From positions 26,350,001 through 26,414,000 of the forward strand of contig OZ024748.1 of assembly GCA_964016885.1 (NCBI GenBank): a DNA stretch of 64,000 bases. The letters run 5' to 3'. Below, piece by piece: positions 15,001 through 30,000 of this stretch. The notes below the pieces were generated by a model. The model made no database searches. It worked only from the letters and a program-made list of their open reading frames with translations, and was not told the origin of the DNA. The position numbers were made by a program, and so were the translations under genes. Origin of the DNA: Eledone cirrhosa. Lineage: Eukaryota. Within the stretch, counting starts at the first letter, position 1. Each line of letters begins with the position of its first letter.

Positions 15001-18000
15001 TGAGACATCAACTGAAAAACCACTACCTATCAAGACACCTACAAGCACAGCAGAAAAGATCACTGAAACTATAACTGACACAGCAGCAACAACATCACAG
15101 CTTCCTTCAACAAGTGAAATCCATATAGAAACTCCTAAATCTACTTCTGAACTGCCTCATATAACTGACATTGAAACAAGTACAGTGGAAAGAACAACAC
15201 AAATTACAGATCTTGAAACTGAACGCACAACTCAGACAGAAATTACACCACAACTAACAACATCTCCTGAAGAAACAACTCTGTCTACTCAGGTAGAGGA
15301 CATCGAAAAGGTGACACCAACACAAGTTGCTAGCACAATGCATACATCACCTGAAACAACAGTTGTTTCATCTCCAGAACACACCTCTATAACACCTACA
15401 GATGAACTTACTAGTATTGAATATATAACTGAGACATCAACTGAAAAACCACTACCTATCAAGACACCTACAAGCACAGCAGAAAAGATCACTGAAACTA
15501 TAACAGACACAACAGCAACAACATCACAGCTTCCTTCAACAAGTGAAATCCATATAGAAACTCCTAAATCTACTTCTGAACTGCCTCATATAACTGACAT
15601 TGAAACAAGTACAGTGGAAAGAACAACACAAATTACAGATATTGAAACTGAACGCACAACTCAGACAGAAATTACACCACAACTAACAACATCTCCTGAA
15701 GAAACAACTCTGTCTACTCAGGTAGAGGACATCGAAAGGGTGACACCAACACAAGTTGCTAGCACAATGCATACATCACCTGAAACAACAGTTGTTTCAT
15801 CTCCAGAACACACCTCTATAACACCTACAGATGAACTTACTAGTATTGAATATACAACTGTGACATCAACTGAAACACCACTACCTATAAAGACACCTAC
15901 AAGCACAGCTGAAAAGATCACTGAAACTATAACAGACACAACAGCAACAACATCACAGCTTCCTTCAACAAGTGAAATCCATATAGAAACTCCTAAATCT
16001 ACTTCTGAACTGCCTCATATAACTGACATTGAAACAAGTACAGTGGAAAGAACAACACAAGTTACAGATATTGAAACTGAGCGCACAACTCGGACAGGAA
16101 TTACATTACAACAAACAACATCTCCTGAAGAAACAACACTGTCTACTCAGGTAGAGGACGTCGTAAAGGTGACACCAACACAAGTTGCTAGCACAATGCA
16201 TACATCACCTGAAACAACAGTTGTTTCATCTCCAGAACACACCTCTATAACACCTACAGATGAACTTACTAGTATTGAATATAGAACTGAGACATCAACT
16301 GAAAAATCACTACCTACGATAACACCTAGAAGCACAGCAGAAAAGATCACTGAAACTATAACAGACACAACAGCAACAACATCACAGCTTCCTTCAACAA
16401 GTGAAATCCATATAGAAACTCCTAAATCTACTTCTGAACTGCCTCATATAACTGACATTGAAACAAGTACAGTGGAAAGGACAACACAAATTACAGATAT
16501 TGAAACTGAACGCACAACTCAGACAGAAATTACACCACAACTAACAACATCTCCTGAAGAAACAACTCTGTCTACTCAGGTAGAGGACATCGTAAAGGTG
16601 ACACCAACACAAGTTGCTAGCACAATGCATACATCACCTGAAACAACAGTTGTTTCATCTCCAGAACACACCTCTATACCACCTACAGATGAAATTACTA
16701 GTATTGAATATACAACTGAGACATCAACTGAAACACCACTACCTATAAAGACACCTACAAGCACAGCTGAAAAGATCACTGAAACTATAACAGACACAAC
16801 AGCAACAACATCACAGCTTCCTTCAACAAGTGAAATCCATATAGAAACTCCTAAATCTACTTCTGAACTGCCTCATATAACTGACATTGAAACAAGTACA
16901 GTGGAAAGAACAACACAAGTTACAGATATTGAAACGGAGCGCACAACTCGGACAGAAATTACATCACAACAAACAACATCTCCTGAAGAAACAACACTGT
17001 CTACTCAGGTAGAGGACATCGTAAAGGTGACACCAACACAAGTTGCTAGCACAATGCATACATCACCTGAAACAACAGTTGTTTCATCTCCAGAACACAC
17101 CTCTATAACACCTACAGATGAACTTACTAGTATTGAATATAGAACTGAGACATCAACTGAAAAACCACTACCTATAAAGACACCTACAAGCACAGCAGAA
17201 AAGATCACTGAAACTAGAACAGACACAACAGCAACAACATCACAGCTTCCTTTAACAAGTGAAATCCATATAGAAACTCCTAAATCTACTTCTGAACTGC
17301 CTCATATAACAGACATTGAAACAAGTACAGTGGAAAGAACAACACAAATTACAGATATTGAAACTGAATGCACAACTCAGACAGAAATTACACCACAACT
17401 AACAACATCTCCTGAAGAAACAACTCTGTCTACTCAGGTAGAGGACATCGAAAGGGTGACACCAACACGAGTTGCTAGCACAATGCATACATCACCTGAA
17501 ACAACAGTTGTTTCATCTCCAGAACACACCTCTATAACACCTACAGATGAACTTACTAGTATTGAATATACAACTGTGACATCAACTGAAACACCACTAC
17601 CTATAAAGACACCTACAAGCACAGCTGAAAAGATCACTGAAACTATAACAGACACAACAGCAACAACATCACAGCTTCCTTCAACAAGTGAAATCCATAT
17701 AGAAACTCCTAAATCTACTTCTGAACTGCCTCATATAACTGACATTGAAACAAGTACAGTGGAAAGAACAACACAAGTTACAGATATTGAAACTGAGCGC
17801 ACAACTCGGACAGAAATTACATCACAACAAACAACATCTCCTGAAGAAACAACACTGTCTACTCAGGTAGAGGACATCGTAAAGGTGAAACCAACACAAG
17901 TTGCTAGCACAATGCATACATCACCTGAAACAACAGTTGTTTCATCTCCAGAACACACCTCTATAACACCTACAGATGAACTTACTAGTATTGAATATAG

Positions 18001-21000
18001 GACTGAGACATCAACTGAAAAATCACTACCTACGATAACACCTACAAGCACAGCAGAAAAGATCACTGAAACTAGAACAGACACAACACCAACAACATCA
18101 CAGCTTCCTTCAACAAGTGAAATCCATATAGAAACTCCTAAATCTACTTCTGAACTGCCTCATATAACTGACATTGAAACAAGTACAGTGGAAAGAACAA
18201 CACAAATTACAGATATTGAAATTGAACGCACAACTCAGACAGAAATTACACCACAACAAACAACATCTCCTGAAGAAACAACTCTGTCTACTCAGGTAGA
18301 GGACATCGAAAGGGTGACACCAACACAAGTTGCTAGCACAATGCATACATCACCTGAAACAACAGTTGTTTCATCTCCAGAACACACCTCTATAACACCT
18401 ACAGATGAACTTACTAGTATTGAATATACAACTGAGACATCAACTGAAAAACCACTACCTATCAAGACACCTACAAGCACAGCAGAAAAGATCACTGAAA
18501 CTAGAACAGACACAACAGCCACAACATCACAGCTTCCTTTAACAAGTGAAATCCATATAGAAACTCCTAAATCTACTTCTGAACTGCCTCATATAACTGA
18601 CATTGAAACAAGTACAGTGGAAAGAACAACACAAGTTACAGATATTGAAACTGAGCGCACAACTCAGACAGAAATTACACCACAACAAACAACATCTCCT
18701 GAAGAAACAACACTGTCTACTCAGGTAGAGGACATCGTAAAGGTGACAGCAACACAAGTTGCTAGCACAATGCATACATCACCTGAAACGACAGTTGTTT
18801 CATCTCCTGAACACACCTCTATAACACCTACAGATGAACATACTAGTATTGAATATAGAACTGAGACATCAACTGAAAAACCACTACCTATAAAGACACC
18901 TACAAGCACAGCTGAAAAGATCACTGAAACTATAACAGACATAACAGCAACAACATCACAGCTTCCTTCAACAAGTGAAATCCATATAGAAACTCCTAAA
19001 TCTACTTCTGAACTGCCTCATATAACTGACATTGAAACAAGTACAGTGGAAAGAACAACACACGTTACAGATATTGAAACTGAACGCACAACTCAGACAG
19101 AAATTACACCACAACTAACAACATCTCCTGAAGAAAAAACTCTGTCTACTCAGGTAGAGGACATCGAAAAGGTGACACCAACACAAGTTGCTAGCACAAT
19201 GCATACATCACCTGAAACAACAGTTGTTTCATCTCCTGAACACACTTCTATAACACCTACAGATGAACTCACTATTAAAGAATACATAACTGAGACATCA
19301 ACAGAAAAATCACTACCTATGACAACACCTACAAGCACAGCAGAAAAGATCACTGAAACTATAACAGACACAGCAGCAACAACATCACAGCTTCCTTCAA
19401 CAAGTGAAATCCATATAGAAACTCCTAAATCTACTTCTGAACTGCCTCATATAACTGACATTGAAAAAAGTACAGTGGAAAGAACAACACAAGTTACAGA
19501 TATTGAAACTGAGCGCACAACTCAGACAGAAATTACACAACAACAAACAACATCTCCTGAAGAAACAACACTGTCTACTCAGGTAGAGGACATCGTAAAG
19601 GTGACACCAACACAAGTTGCTAGCACAATGCATACATCACCTGAAACGACAGTTGTTTCATCTCCAGAACACACCTCTATAACACCTACAGATGAACTTA
19701 CTAGTATTGAATATACAACTGAGACATCAACTGAAAAACCACTACCTATCAAGACACCTACAAGCACAGCAGAAAAGATCACTGAAACTATAACAGACAC
19801 AGCAGCAACAACATCACAGCTTCCTTCAACAAGTGAAATCCATATAGAAACTCCTAAATCTACTTCTGAACTGCCTCATATAACTGACATTGAAACAAGT
19901 ACAGTGGAAGGAACAACACAAATTACAGATCTTCAAACTGAACGCACAACTCAGACAGAAATTACACCACAACTAACAACATCTCCTGAAGAAACAACTC
20001 TGTCTACTCAGGTAGAGGACATCGAAAAGGTGACACCAACACAAGTTGCTAGCACAATGCATACATCACCTGAAACAACAGTTGTTTCATCTCCAGAACA
20101 CACCTCTATAACACCTACAGATGAACTTACTAGTATTGAATATACAACTGAGACATCAACTGAAAAACCACTACCTATCAAGACACCTACAAGCACAGCA
20201 GAAAAGATCACTGAAACTAGAACAGACACAACAGTAACGACATCACAGCTTCCTTTAACAAGTGAAATCCATATAGAAACTCCTAAATCTACTTCTGAAC
20301 TGCCTCATATAACTGACATTGAAACAAGTACAGTGGAAAGAACAACACAAATTACAGATATTGAAACTGAACGCACAACTCAGACAGAAATTACACCACA
20401 ACTAACAACATCTCCTGAAGAAACAACTCTGTCTACTCAGGTAGAGGACATCGAAAGGGTGACACCAACACAAGTTGCTAGCACAATGCATACATCACCT
20501 GAAACAACAGTTGTTTCATCTCCAGAACACACCTCTATAACACCTACAGATGAACTTACTAGTATTGAATATACAACTGAGACATCAACTGAAAAACCAC
20601 TACCTATCAAGACACCTACAAGCACAGCAGAACAGATCACTGAAACTAGAACAGACACAACAGCCACAACATCACAGCTTCCTTTAACAAGTGAAATCCA
20701 TATAGAAACTCCTAAATCTACTTCTGAACTGCCTCATATAACTGACATTGAAACAAGTACAGTGGAAAGAACAACACACGTTACAGATATTGAAACTGAG
20801 CGCACAACTCAGACAGAAATTACACCACAACAAACAACATCTCCTGAAGAAACAACTCTGTCTACTCAGGTAGAGGACATCGTAAAGGTGACACCAACAC
20901 AAGTTGCTAGCACAATGCATACATCACCTGAAACGACAGTTGTTTCATCTCCAGAACACACCTCTATAACACCTACAGATGAACTTACTAGTATTGAATA

Positions 21001-24000
21001 TACAACTGAGACATCAACTGAAAAACCACTACCTATCAAGACACCTACAAGCACAGCAGAAAAGATCACTGAAACTATAACAGACACAGCAGCAACAACA
21101 TCACAGCTTCCTTCAACAAGTGAAATCCATATAGAAACTCCTAAATCTACTTCTGAACTGCCTCATATAACTGACATTGAAACAAGTACAGTGGAAGGAA
21201 CAACACAAATTACAGATCTTGAAACTGAACGCACAACTCAGACAGAAATTACACCACAACTAACAACATCTCCTGAAGAAACAACTCTGTCTACTCAGGT
21301 AGAGGACATCGAAAAGGTGACACCAACACAAGTTGCTAGCACAATGCATACATCACCTGAAACAACAGTTGTTTCATCTCCAGAACACACCTCTATAACA
21401 CCTACAGATGAACTTACTAGTATTGAATATACAACTGAGACATCAACTGAAAAACCACTACCTATCAAGACACCTACAAGCACAGCAGAAAAGATCACTG
21501 AAACTAGAACAGACACAACAGTAACGACATCACAGCTTCCTTTAACAAGTGAAATCCATATAGAAACTCCTAAATCTACTTCTGAACTGCCTCATATAAC
21601 TGACATTGAAACAAGTACAGTGGAAAGAACAACACAAATTACAGATATTGAAACTGAACGCACAACTCAGACAGAAATTACACCACAACTAACAACATCT
21701 CCTGAAGAAACAACTCTGTCTACTCAGGTAGAGGACATCGAAAGGGTGACACCAACACAAGTTGCTAGCACAATGCATACATCACCTGAAACAACAGTTG
21801 TTTCATCTCCAGAACACACCTCTATAACACCTACAGATGAACTTACTAGTATTGAATATACAACTGAGACATCAACTGAAAAACCACTACCTATCAAGAC
21901 ACCTACAAGCACAGCAGAACAGATCACTGAAACTAGAACAGACACAACAGCCACAACATCACAGCTTCCTTTAACAAGTGAAATCCATATAGAAACTCCT
22001 AAATCTACTTCTGAACTGCCTCATATAACTGACATTGAAACAAGTACAGTGGAAAGAACAACACACGTTACAGATATTGAAACTGAGCGCACAACTCAGA
22101 CAGAAATTACACCACAACAAACAACATCTCCTGAAGAAACAACACTGTCTACTCAGGTAGAGGACATCGTAAAGGTGACAGCAACACAAGTTGCTAGCAC
22201 AATGCATACATCACCTGAAACGACAGTTGTTTCATCTCCTGAACACACCTCTATAACACCTACAGATGAACATACTAGTATTGAATATAGAACTGAGACA
22301 TCAACTGAAAAACCACTACCTATAAAGACACCTACAAGCACAGTTGAAAAGATCACTGAAACTATAACAGACATAACAGCTACAACATCACAGCTTCCTT
22401 CAACAAGTGAAATCCATATAGAAACTCCTAAATCTACTTCTGAAATGCCACATATAACTGACATTGAAACAAGTACAGTGGAAAGAACAACACACGTTAC
22501 AGATATTGAAACTGAACGCACAACTCAGACAGAAATTACACCACAACTAACAACATCTCCTGAAGAAACAACTCTGTCTACTCAGGTAGAGGACATCGAA
22601 AAGGTGACACCAACACAAGTTGCTAGCACAATGCATACATCACCTGAAACAACAGTTGTTTCTTCTCCAGAACACACCTCTATAACACCTACAGATGAAC
22701 TTACTAGTATTGAATATACAACTGAGACATCAACTGAAAAACCACTACCTATCAAGACACCTACAAGCACAGCAGAAAAGATCACTGAAACTAGAACAGA
22801 CACAACAGTAACGACATCACAGCTTCCTTTAACAAGTGAAATCCATATAGAAACTCCTAAATCTACTTCTGAACTGCCTCATATAACTGACATTGAAACA
22901 AGTACAGTGGAAAGAACAACACAAATTACAGATATTGAAACTGAACGCACAACTCAGACAGAAATTACACCACAACTAACAACATCTCCTGAAGAAACAA
23001 CTCTGTCTACTCAGGTAGAGGACATCGAAAGGGTGACACCAACACAAGTTGCTAGCACAATGCATACATCACCTGAAACAACAGTTGTTTCATCTCCAGA
23101 ACACACCTCTATAACACCTACAGATGAACTTACTAGTATTGAATATACAACTGAGACATCAACTGAAAAACCACTACCTATCAAGACACCTACAAGCACA
23201 GCAGAACAGATCACTGAAACTAGAACAGACACAACAGCCACAACATCACAGCTTCCTTTAACAAGTGAAATCCATATAGAAACTCCTAAATCTACTTCTG
23301 AACTGCCTCATATAACTGACATTGAAACAAGTACAGTGGAAAGAACAACACACGTTACAGATATTGAAACTGAGCGCACAACTCAGACAGAAATTACACC
23401 ACAACAAACAACATCTCCTGAAGAAACAACACTGTCTACTCAGGTAGAGGACATCGTAAAGGTGACAGCAACACAAGTTGCTAGCACAATGCATACATCA
23501 CCTGAAACGACAGTTGTTTCATCTCCTGAACACACCTCTATAACACCTACAGATGAACATACTAGTATTGAATATAGAACTGAGACATCAACTGAAAAAC
23601 CACTACCTATAAAGACACCTACAAGCACAGTTGAAAAGATCACTGAAACTATAACAGACATAACAGCTACAACATCACAGCTTCCTTCAACAAGTGAAAT
23701 CCATATAGAAACTCCTAAATCTACTTCTGAAATGCCTCATATAACTGACATTGAAACAAGTACAGTGGAAAGAACAACACACGTTACAGATATTGAAACT
23801 GAACGCACAACTCAGACAGAAATTACACCACAACTAACAACATCTCCTGAAGAAACAACTCTGTCTACTCAGGTAGAGGACATCGAAAAGGTGACACCAA
23901 CACAAGTTGCTAGCACAATGCATACATCACCTGAAACAACAGTTGTTTCATCTCCTGAACACACTTCTATAACACCTACAGATGAACTCACTATTAAAGA

Positions 24001-27000
24001 ATACATAACTGAGACATCAACAGAAAAATTACTACCTATGACAACACCTACAAGCACAGCAGAAAAGATCACTGAAACTAGAACAGACACAGCAGCAACA
24101 ACATCACAGCTACCTTCAACAAGTGAAATCCATATAGAAACTCCTAAATCTACTTCTGAACTGCGTCATATAACAGACATTGAAACAAGTACAGTGGAAA
24201 GAACAACACACGTTACAGATATTGAAACTGAACGCACAACTCAGACAGAAATTACACCACAACTAACAACATCTCCTGAAGAAACAACTCTGTCTACTCA
24301 GGTAGAGGACATCGAAAAGGTGACACCAACACAAGTTGCTAGCACAATGCATACATCACCTGAAACAACAGTTGTTTCATCTCCAGAACACACCTCTATA
24401 ACACCTACAGATGAACTTACTAGTATTGAATATACAACTGAGACATCAACTGAAAAACCACTACCTATAAAGACACCTACAAGCACAGCAGAAAAGATCA
24501 CTGAAACTAGAACAGACACAACAGCAACGACATCACAGCTTCCTTTAACAAGTGAAATCCATATAGAAACTCCTAAATCTACTTCTGAACTGCCTCATAT
24601 AACTGACATTGAAACAAGTACAGTGGAAAGAACAACACAAATTACAGATATTGAAACTGAACGCAGAACTCAGACAGAAATTACACCACAACTAACAACA
24701 TCTCCTGAAGAAACAACTCTGTCTACTCAGGTAGAGGACATCGAAAGGGTGACACCAACACAAGTTGCTAGCACAATGCATACATCACCTGAAACAACAG
24801 TTGTTTCATCTCCAGAACACACCTCTATAACACCTACAGATGAACTTACTAGTATTGAATATACAACTGAGACATCAACTGAAAAACCACTACCTATCAA
24901 GACACCTACAAGCACAGCAGAAAAGATCACTGAAACTAGAACAGACACAACAGTAACGACATCACAGCTTCCTTTAACAAGTGAAATCCATATAGAAACT
25001 CCTAAATCTACTTCTGAACTGCCTCATATAACTGACATTGAAACAAGTACAGTGGAAAGAACAACACAAATTACAGATATTGAAACTGAACGCACAACTC
25101 AGACAGAAATTACAACACAACTAACAACATCTCCTGAAGAAACAACTCTGTCTACTCAGGTAGAGGACATCGAAAGGGTGACACCAACACAAGTTGCTAG
25201 CACAATGCATACATCACCTGAAACAACAGTTGTTTCATCTCCAGAACACACCTCTATAACACCTACAGATGAACTTACTAGTATTGAATATACAACTGAG
25301 ACATCAACTGAAAAACCACTACCTATCAAGACACCTACAAGCACAGCAGAACAGATCACTGAAACTAGAACAGACACAACAGCCACAACATCACAGCTTC
25401 CTTTAACAAGTGAAATCCATATAGAAACTCCTAAATCTACTTCTGAACTGCCTCATATAACTGACATTGAAACAAGTACAGTGGAAAGAACAACACAAGT
25501 TACAGATATTGAAACTGAGCGCACAACTCAGACAGAAATTACACCACAACAAACAACATCTCCTGAAGAAACAACACTGTCTACTCAGGTAGAGGACATC
25601 GTAAAGGTGACAGCAACACAAGTTGCTAGCACAATGCATACATCACCTGAAACAACAGTTGTTTCATCTCCAGAACACACCTCTATAACACCTACAGATG
25701 AACTTACTAGTATTGAATATACAACTGAGACATCAACTGAAAAACCACTACCTATCAAGACACCTACAAGCACAGCAGAAAAGATCACTGAAACTAGAAC
25801 AGACACAACAGCAACGACATCACAGCTTCCTTTAACAAGTGAAATCCATATAGAAACTCCTAAATCTACTTCTGAACTGCCTCATATAACTGACATTGAA
25901 ACAAGTACAGTGGAAAGAACAACACAAATTACAGATATTGAAACTGAACGCACAACTCAGACAGAAATTACACCACAACTAACAACATCTCCTGAAGAAA
26001 CAACTCTGTCTACTCAGGTAGAGGACATCGAAAAGGTGACACCAACACGAGTTGCTAGCACAATGCATACATCACCTGAAACAACAGTTGTTTCATCTCC
26101 AGAACACACCTCTATAACACCTACAGATGAACTTACTAGTATTGAATATACAACTGAGACATCAACTGAAAAACCACTACCTATCAAGACACCTACAAGC
26201 ACAGCAGAACAGATCACTGAAACTAGAACAGACACAACAGCCACAACATCACAGCTTCCTTTAACAAGTGAAATCCATATAGAAAGTCCTAAATCTACTT
26301 CTGAACTGCCTCATATAACTGACATTGAAACAAGTACAGTGGAAAGAACAACACAAGTTACAGATATTGAAACTGAGCGCACAACTCAGACAGAAATTAC
26401 ACCACAACAAACAACATCTCCTGAAGAAACAACACTGTCTACTCAGGTAGAGGACATCGTAAAGGTGACAGCAACACAAGTTGCTAGCACAATGCATATA
26501 TCACCTGAAACGACAGTTGTTTCATCTCCTGAACACACCTCTATAACACCTACAGATGAACATACTAGTATTGAATATAGAACTGAGACATCAACTGAAA
26601 AACCACTACCTATAAAGACACCTACAAGCACAGCTGAAAAGATCACTGAAACTATAACAGACATAACAGCAACAACATCACAGCTTCCTTCAACAAGTGA
26701 AATCCATATAGAAACTCCTAAATCTACTTCTGAACTGCCTCATATAACTGACATTGAAACAAGTACAGTGGAAAGAACAACACACGTTACAGATATTGAA
26801 ACTGAACGCACAACTCAGACAGAAATTACACCACAACTAACAACATCTCCTGAAGAAACAACTCTGTCTACTCAGGTAGAGGACATCGAAAAGGTGACAC
26901 CAACACAAGTTGCTAGCACAATGCATACATCACCTGAAACAACAGTTGTTTCATCTCCTGAACACACTTCTATAACACCTACAGATGAACTCACTATTAA

Positions 27001-30000
27001 AGAATACATAACTGAGACATCAACAGAAAAATCACTACCTATGACAACACCTACAAGCACAGCAGAAAAGATCACTGAAACTAGAACAGACACAGCAGCA
27101 ACAACATCACAGCTTCCTTCAACAAGTGAAATCCATATAGAAACTCATAAATCTACTTCTGAACTGCCTCATATAACTGACATTGAAAAAGGTACAGTGG
27201 AAAGAACAACACAAGTTACAAATATTGAAACTGAGCGCACAACTCAGACAGAAATTACACCACAACAAACAACATCTCCTGAAGAAACAACGCTGTCTAC
27301 TCAGGTAGAGGACATCGTAAAGGTGACACCAACACAAGTTGCTAGCACAATGCATACATCACCTGAAACAACAGTTGTTTCATCTCCTGAACACACCTCT
27401 ATAACACCTACAGATGAACTTACTAGTATTGAATATACAACTGAGACATCAACTGAAAAACCACTACCTATCAAGACACATACAAGCACAGCAGAAAAGA
27501 TCACTGAAACTAGAACAGACACAACAGCAACAACATCACAGCTTCCTTCAACAAGTGAAATCCATATAGAAACTCCTAAATCTACTTCTGAACTGCCTCA
27601 TATAACTGACATTGAAACAAGTACAGTGGAAAGAACAACACAAATTACAGATATTGAGACTGAACGCACAACTCAGACAGAAATTACACCACAACTAACA
27701 ACATCTCCTGAAGAAACAACTCTGTCTACTCAGGTAGAGGACATCGAAAGGGTGACACCAACACAAGTTGCTAGCACAATGCATACATCACCTGAAACAA
27801 CAGTTGTTTCATCTCCAGAATACACCTCTATAACACCTACAGATGAACTTACTAGAATTGAATATACAACTGAGACATCAACTGAAAAACCACTACCTAT
27901 AAAGACACCTACAAGCACAGCTGAAAAGATCACTGAAACTATAACAGACACAACAGCAACAACATCACAGCTTCCTTCAACAAGTGAAATCCATATAGAA
28001 ACTCCTAAATCTACTTCTGAACTGCCTCATATAACTGACATTGAAACAAGTACAGTGGAAAGAACAACACAAGTTACAGATATTGAAACTGAGCGCACAA
28101 CTCAGACAGAAATTACACCACAACAAACAACATCTCCTGAAGAAACAACACTGTCTACTCAGGTAGAGGACATCGTAAAGGTGACACCAACACAAGTTGC
28201 TAGCACAATGCATACATCACCTGAAACAACAGTTGTTTCATCTCCTGAACACACCTCTATAACACCTACAGATGAACTTACTAGTATTGAATATACAACT
28301 GAGACATCAACTAAAAAACCACTACCTATAAAGTCACCTACAATCACAGCAGAAAAGATCACTGAAACTAGAACAGACACAACAGCAACAACATCACAGC
28401 TTCCTTTAACAAGTGAAATCCATATAGAAACTCCTAAATCTACTTCTGAACTGCCTCATATAACTGACATTGAAACAAGTACAGTGGAAAGAACAACACA
28501 AATTACAGATATTGAAACTGAACGCACAACTCAGACAGAAATTACACCACAACTAACAACATCTCCTGAAGAAACAACTCTGTCTACTCAGGTAGAGGAC
28601 ATCGAAAAGGTGACACCAACACAAGTTGCTAGCACAATGCATACATCACCTGAAACAACAGTTGTTTCATCTCCAGAACACACCTCTATAACACCTACAG
28701 ATGAACTTACTAGTATTGAATATACAACTGAGACATCAACTGAAAAACCACTACCTATAAAGACACGTACAAGCACAGCAGAAAAGTTCACTGAAACTAG
28801 AACAGACACAACAGCAACAACATCACAGCTTCCTTCAACAAGTGAAATCCATATAGAAATTCCTAAATCTACTTCTGAACTGCCTCATATAACTGACATT
28901 GAAACAAGTACAGTGGAAAGAACAACACAAATTACAGATATTGAAACTGAACGCACAACTCAGACAGAAATTACACCACAACTAACAACATCTCCTGAAG
29001 AAACAACTCTGTCTACTCAGGTAGAGGACATTGTAAAGGTGACACCAACACAAGTTGCTAGCACAATGCATACATCACCTGAAACAACAGTTGTTTCATC
29101 TCCAGAACACACCTCTATAACACCTACAGATGAACTTACTAGTATTGAATATACAACTGAGACATCAACTGAAAAACCACTACCTATAAAGACACCTACA
29201 AGCACAGCAGAAAAGATCACTGAAACTAGAACAGACACAACAGCAACAACATCACAGCTTCCTTTAAGAACAACACAAGTTACAGATATTGAAACTGAGC
29301 GCACAACTCAGACAGAAATTACACCACAACAAACAACATCTCCTAAAGAAACAACACTGTCTACTCATATAACAGACATTGAAACAAGTACAGTGGAAAG
29401 AACAACACAAATTACAGATATTGAAACTGAACGCACAACTCAGACAGAAATTACACCACAACTAACAACATCTCCTGAAGAAACAACTCTGTCTACTCAG
29501 GTAGAGGACATCGAAAAGGTGACACCAACAACAGTTGTTTCATCTCCAGAACACACCTCTATAACACCTACAGATGAACTTACTAGTATTGAATATACAA
29601 CTGAGACATCAACTGAAAAACCACTACCTGTCAAGACACATACAAGCACCACAGAAAAGATCACTGAAACTAGAACAGACACAACAGCAACAACATCACA
29701 GCTTCCTTCAACAAGTGAAATCCATATAGAAACTCATAAATCTACTTCTGAACTGCCTCATATAACTGACATTGAAAAAAGTACAGTGGAAAGAACAACA
29801 CAAGTTACAGATATTGAAACTGAGCGCACAACTCAGACAGAAATTACACCACAACAAACAACATCTCCTGAAGAAACAACACTGTCTACTCAGGTAGAGG
29901 ACATCGTAAAGGTGACACCAACACAAGTTGCTAGCACAATGCATACATCACCTGAAACGACAGTTGTTTCATCTCCAGAACACACCTCTATAACACCTAC

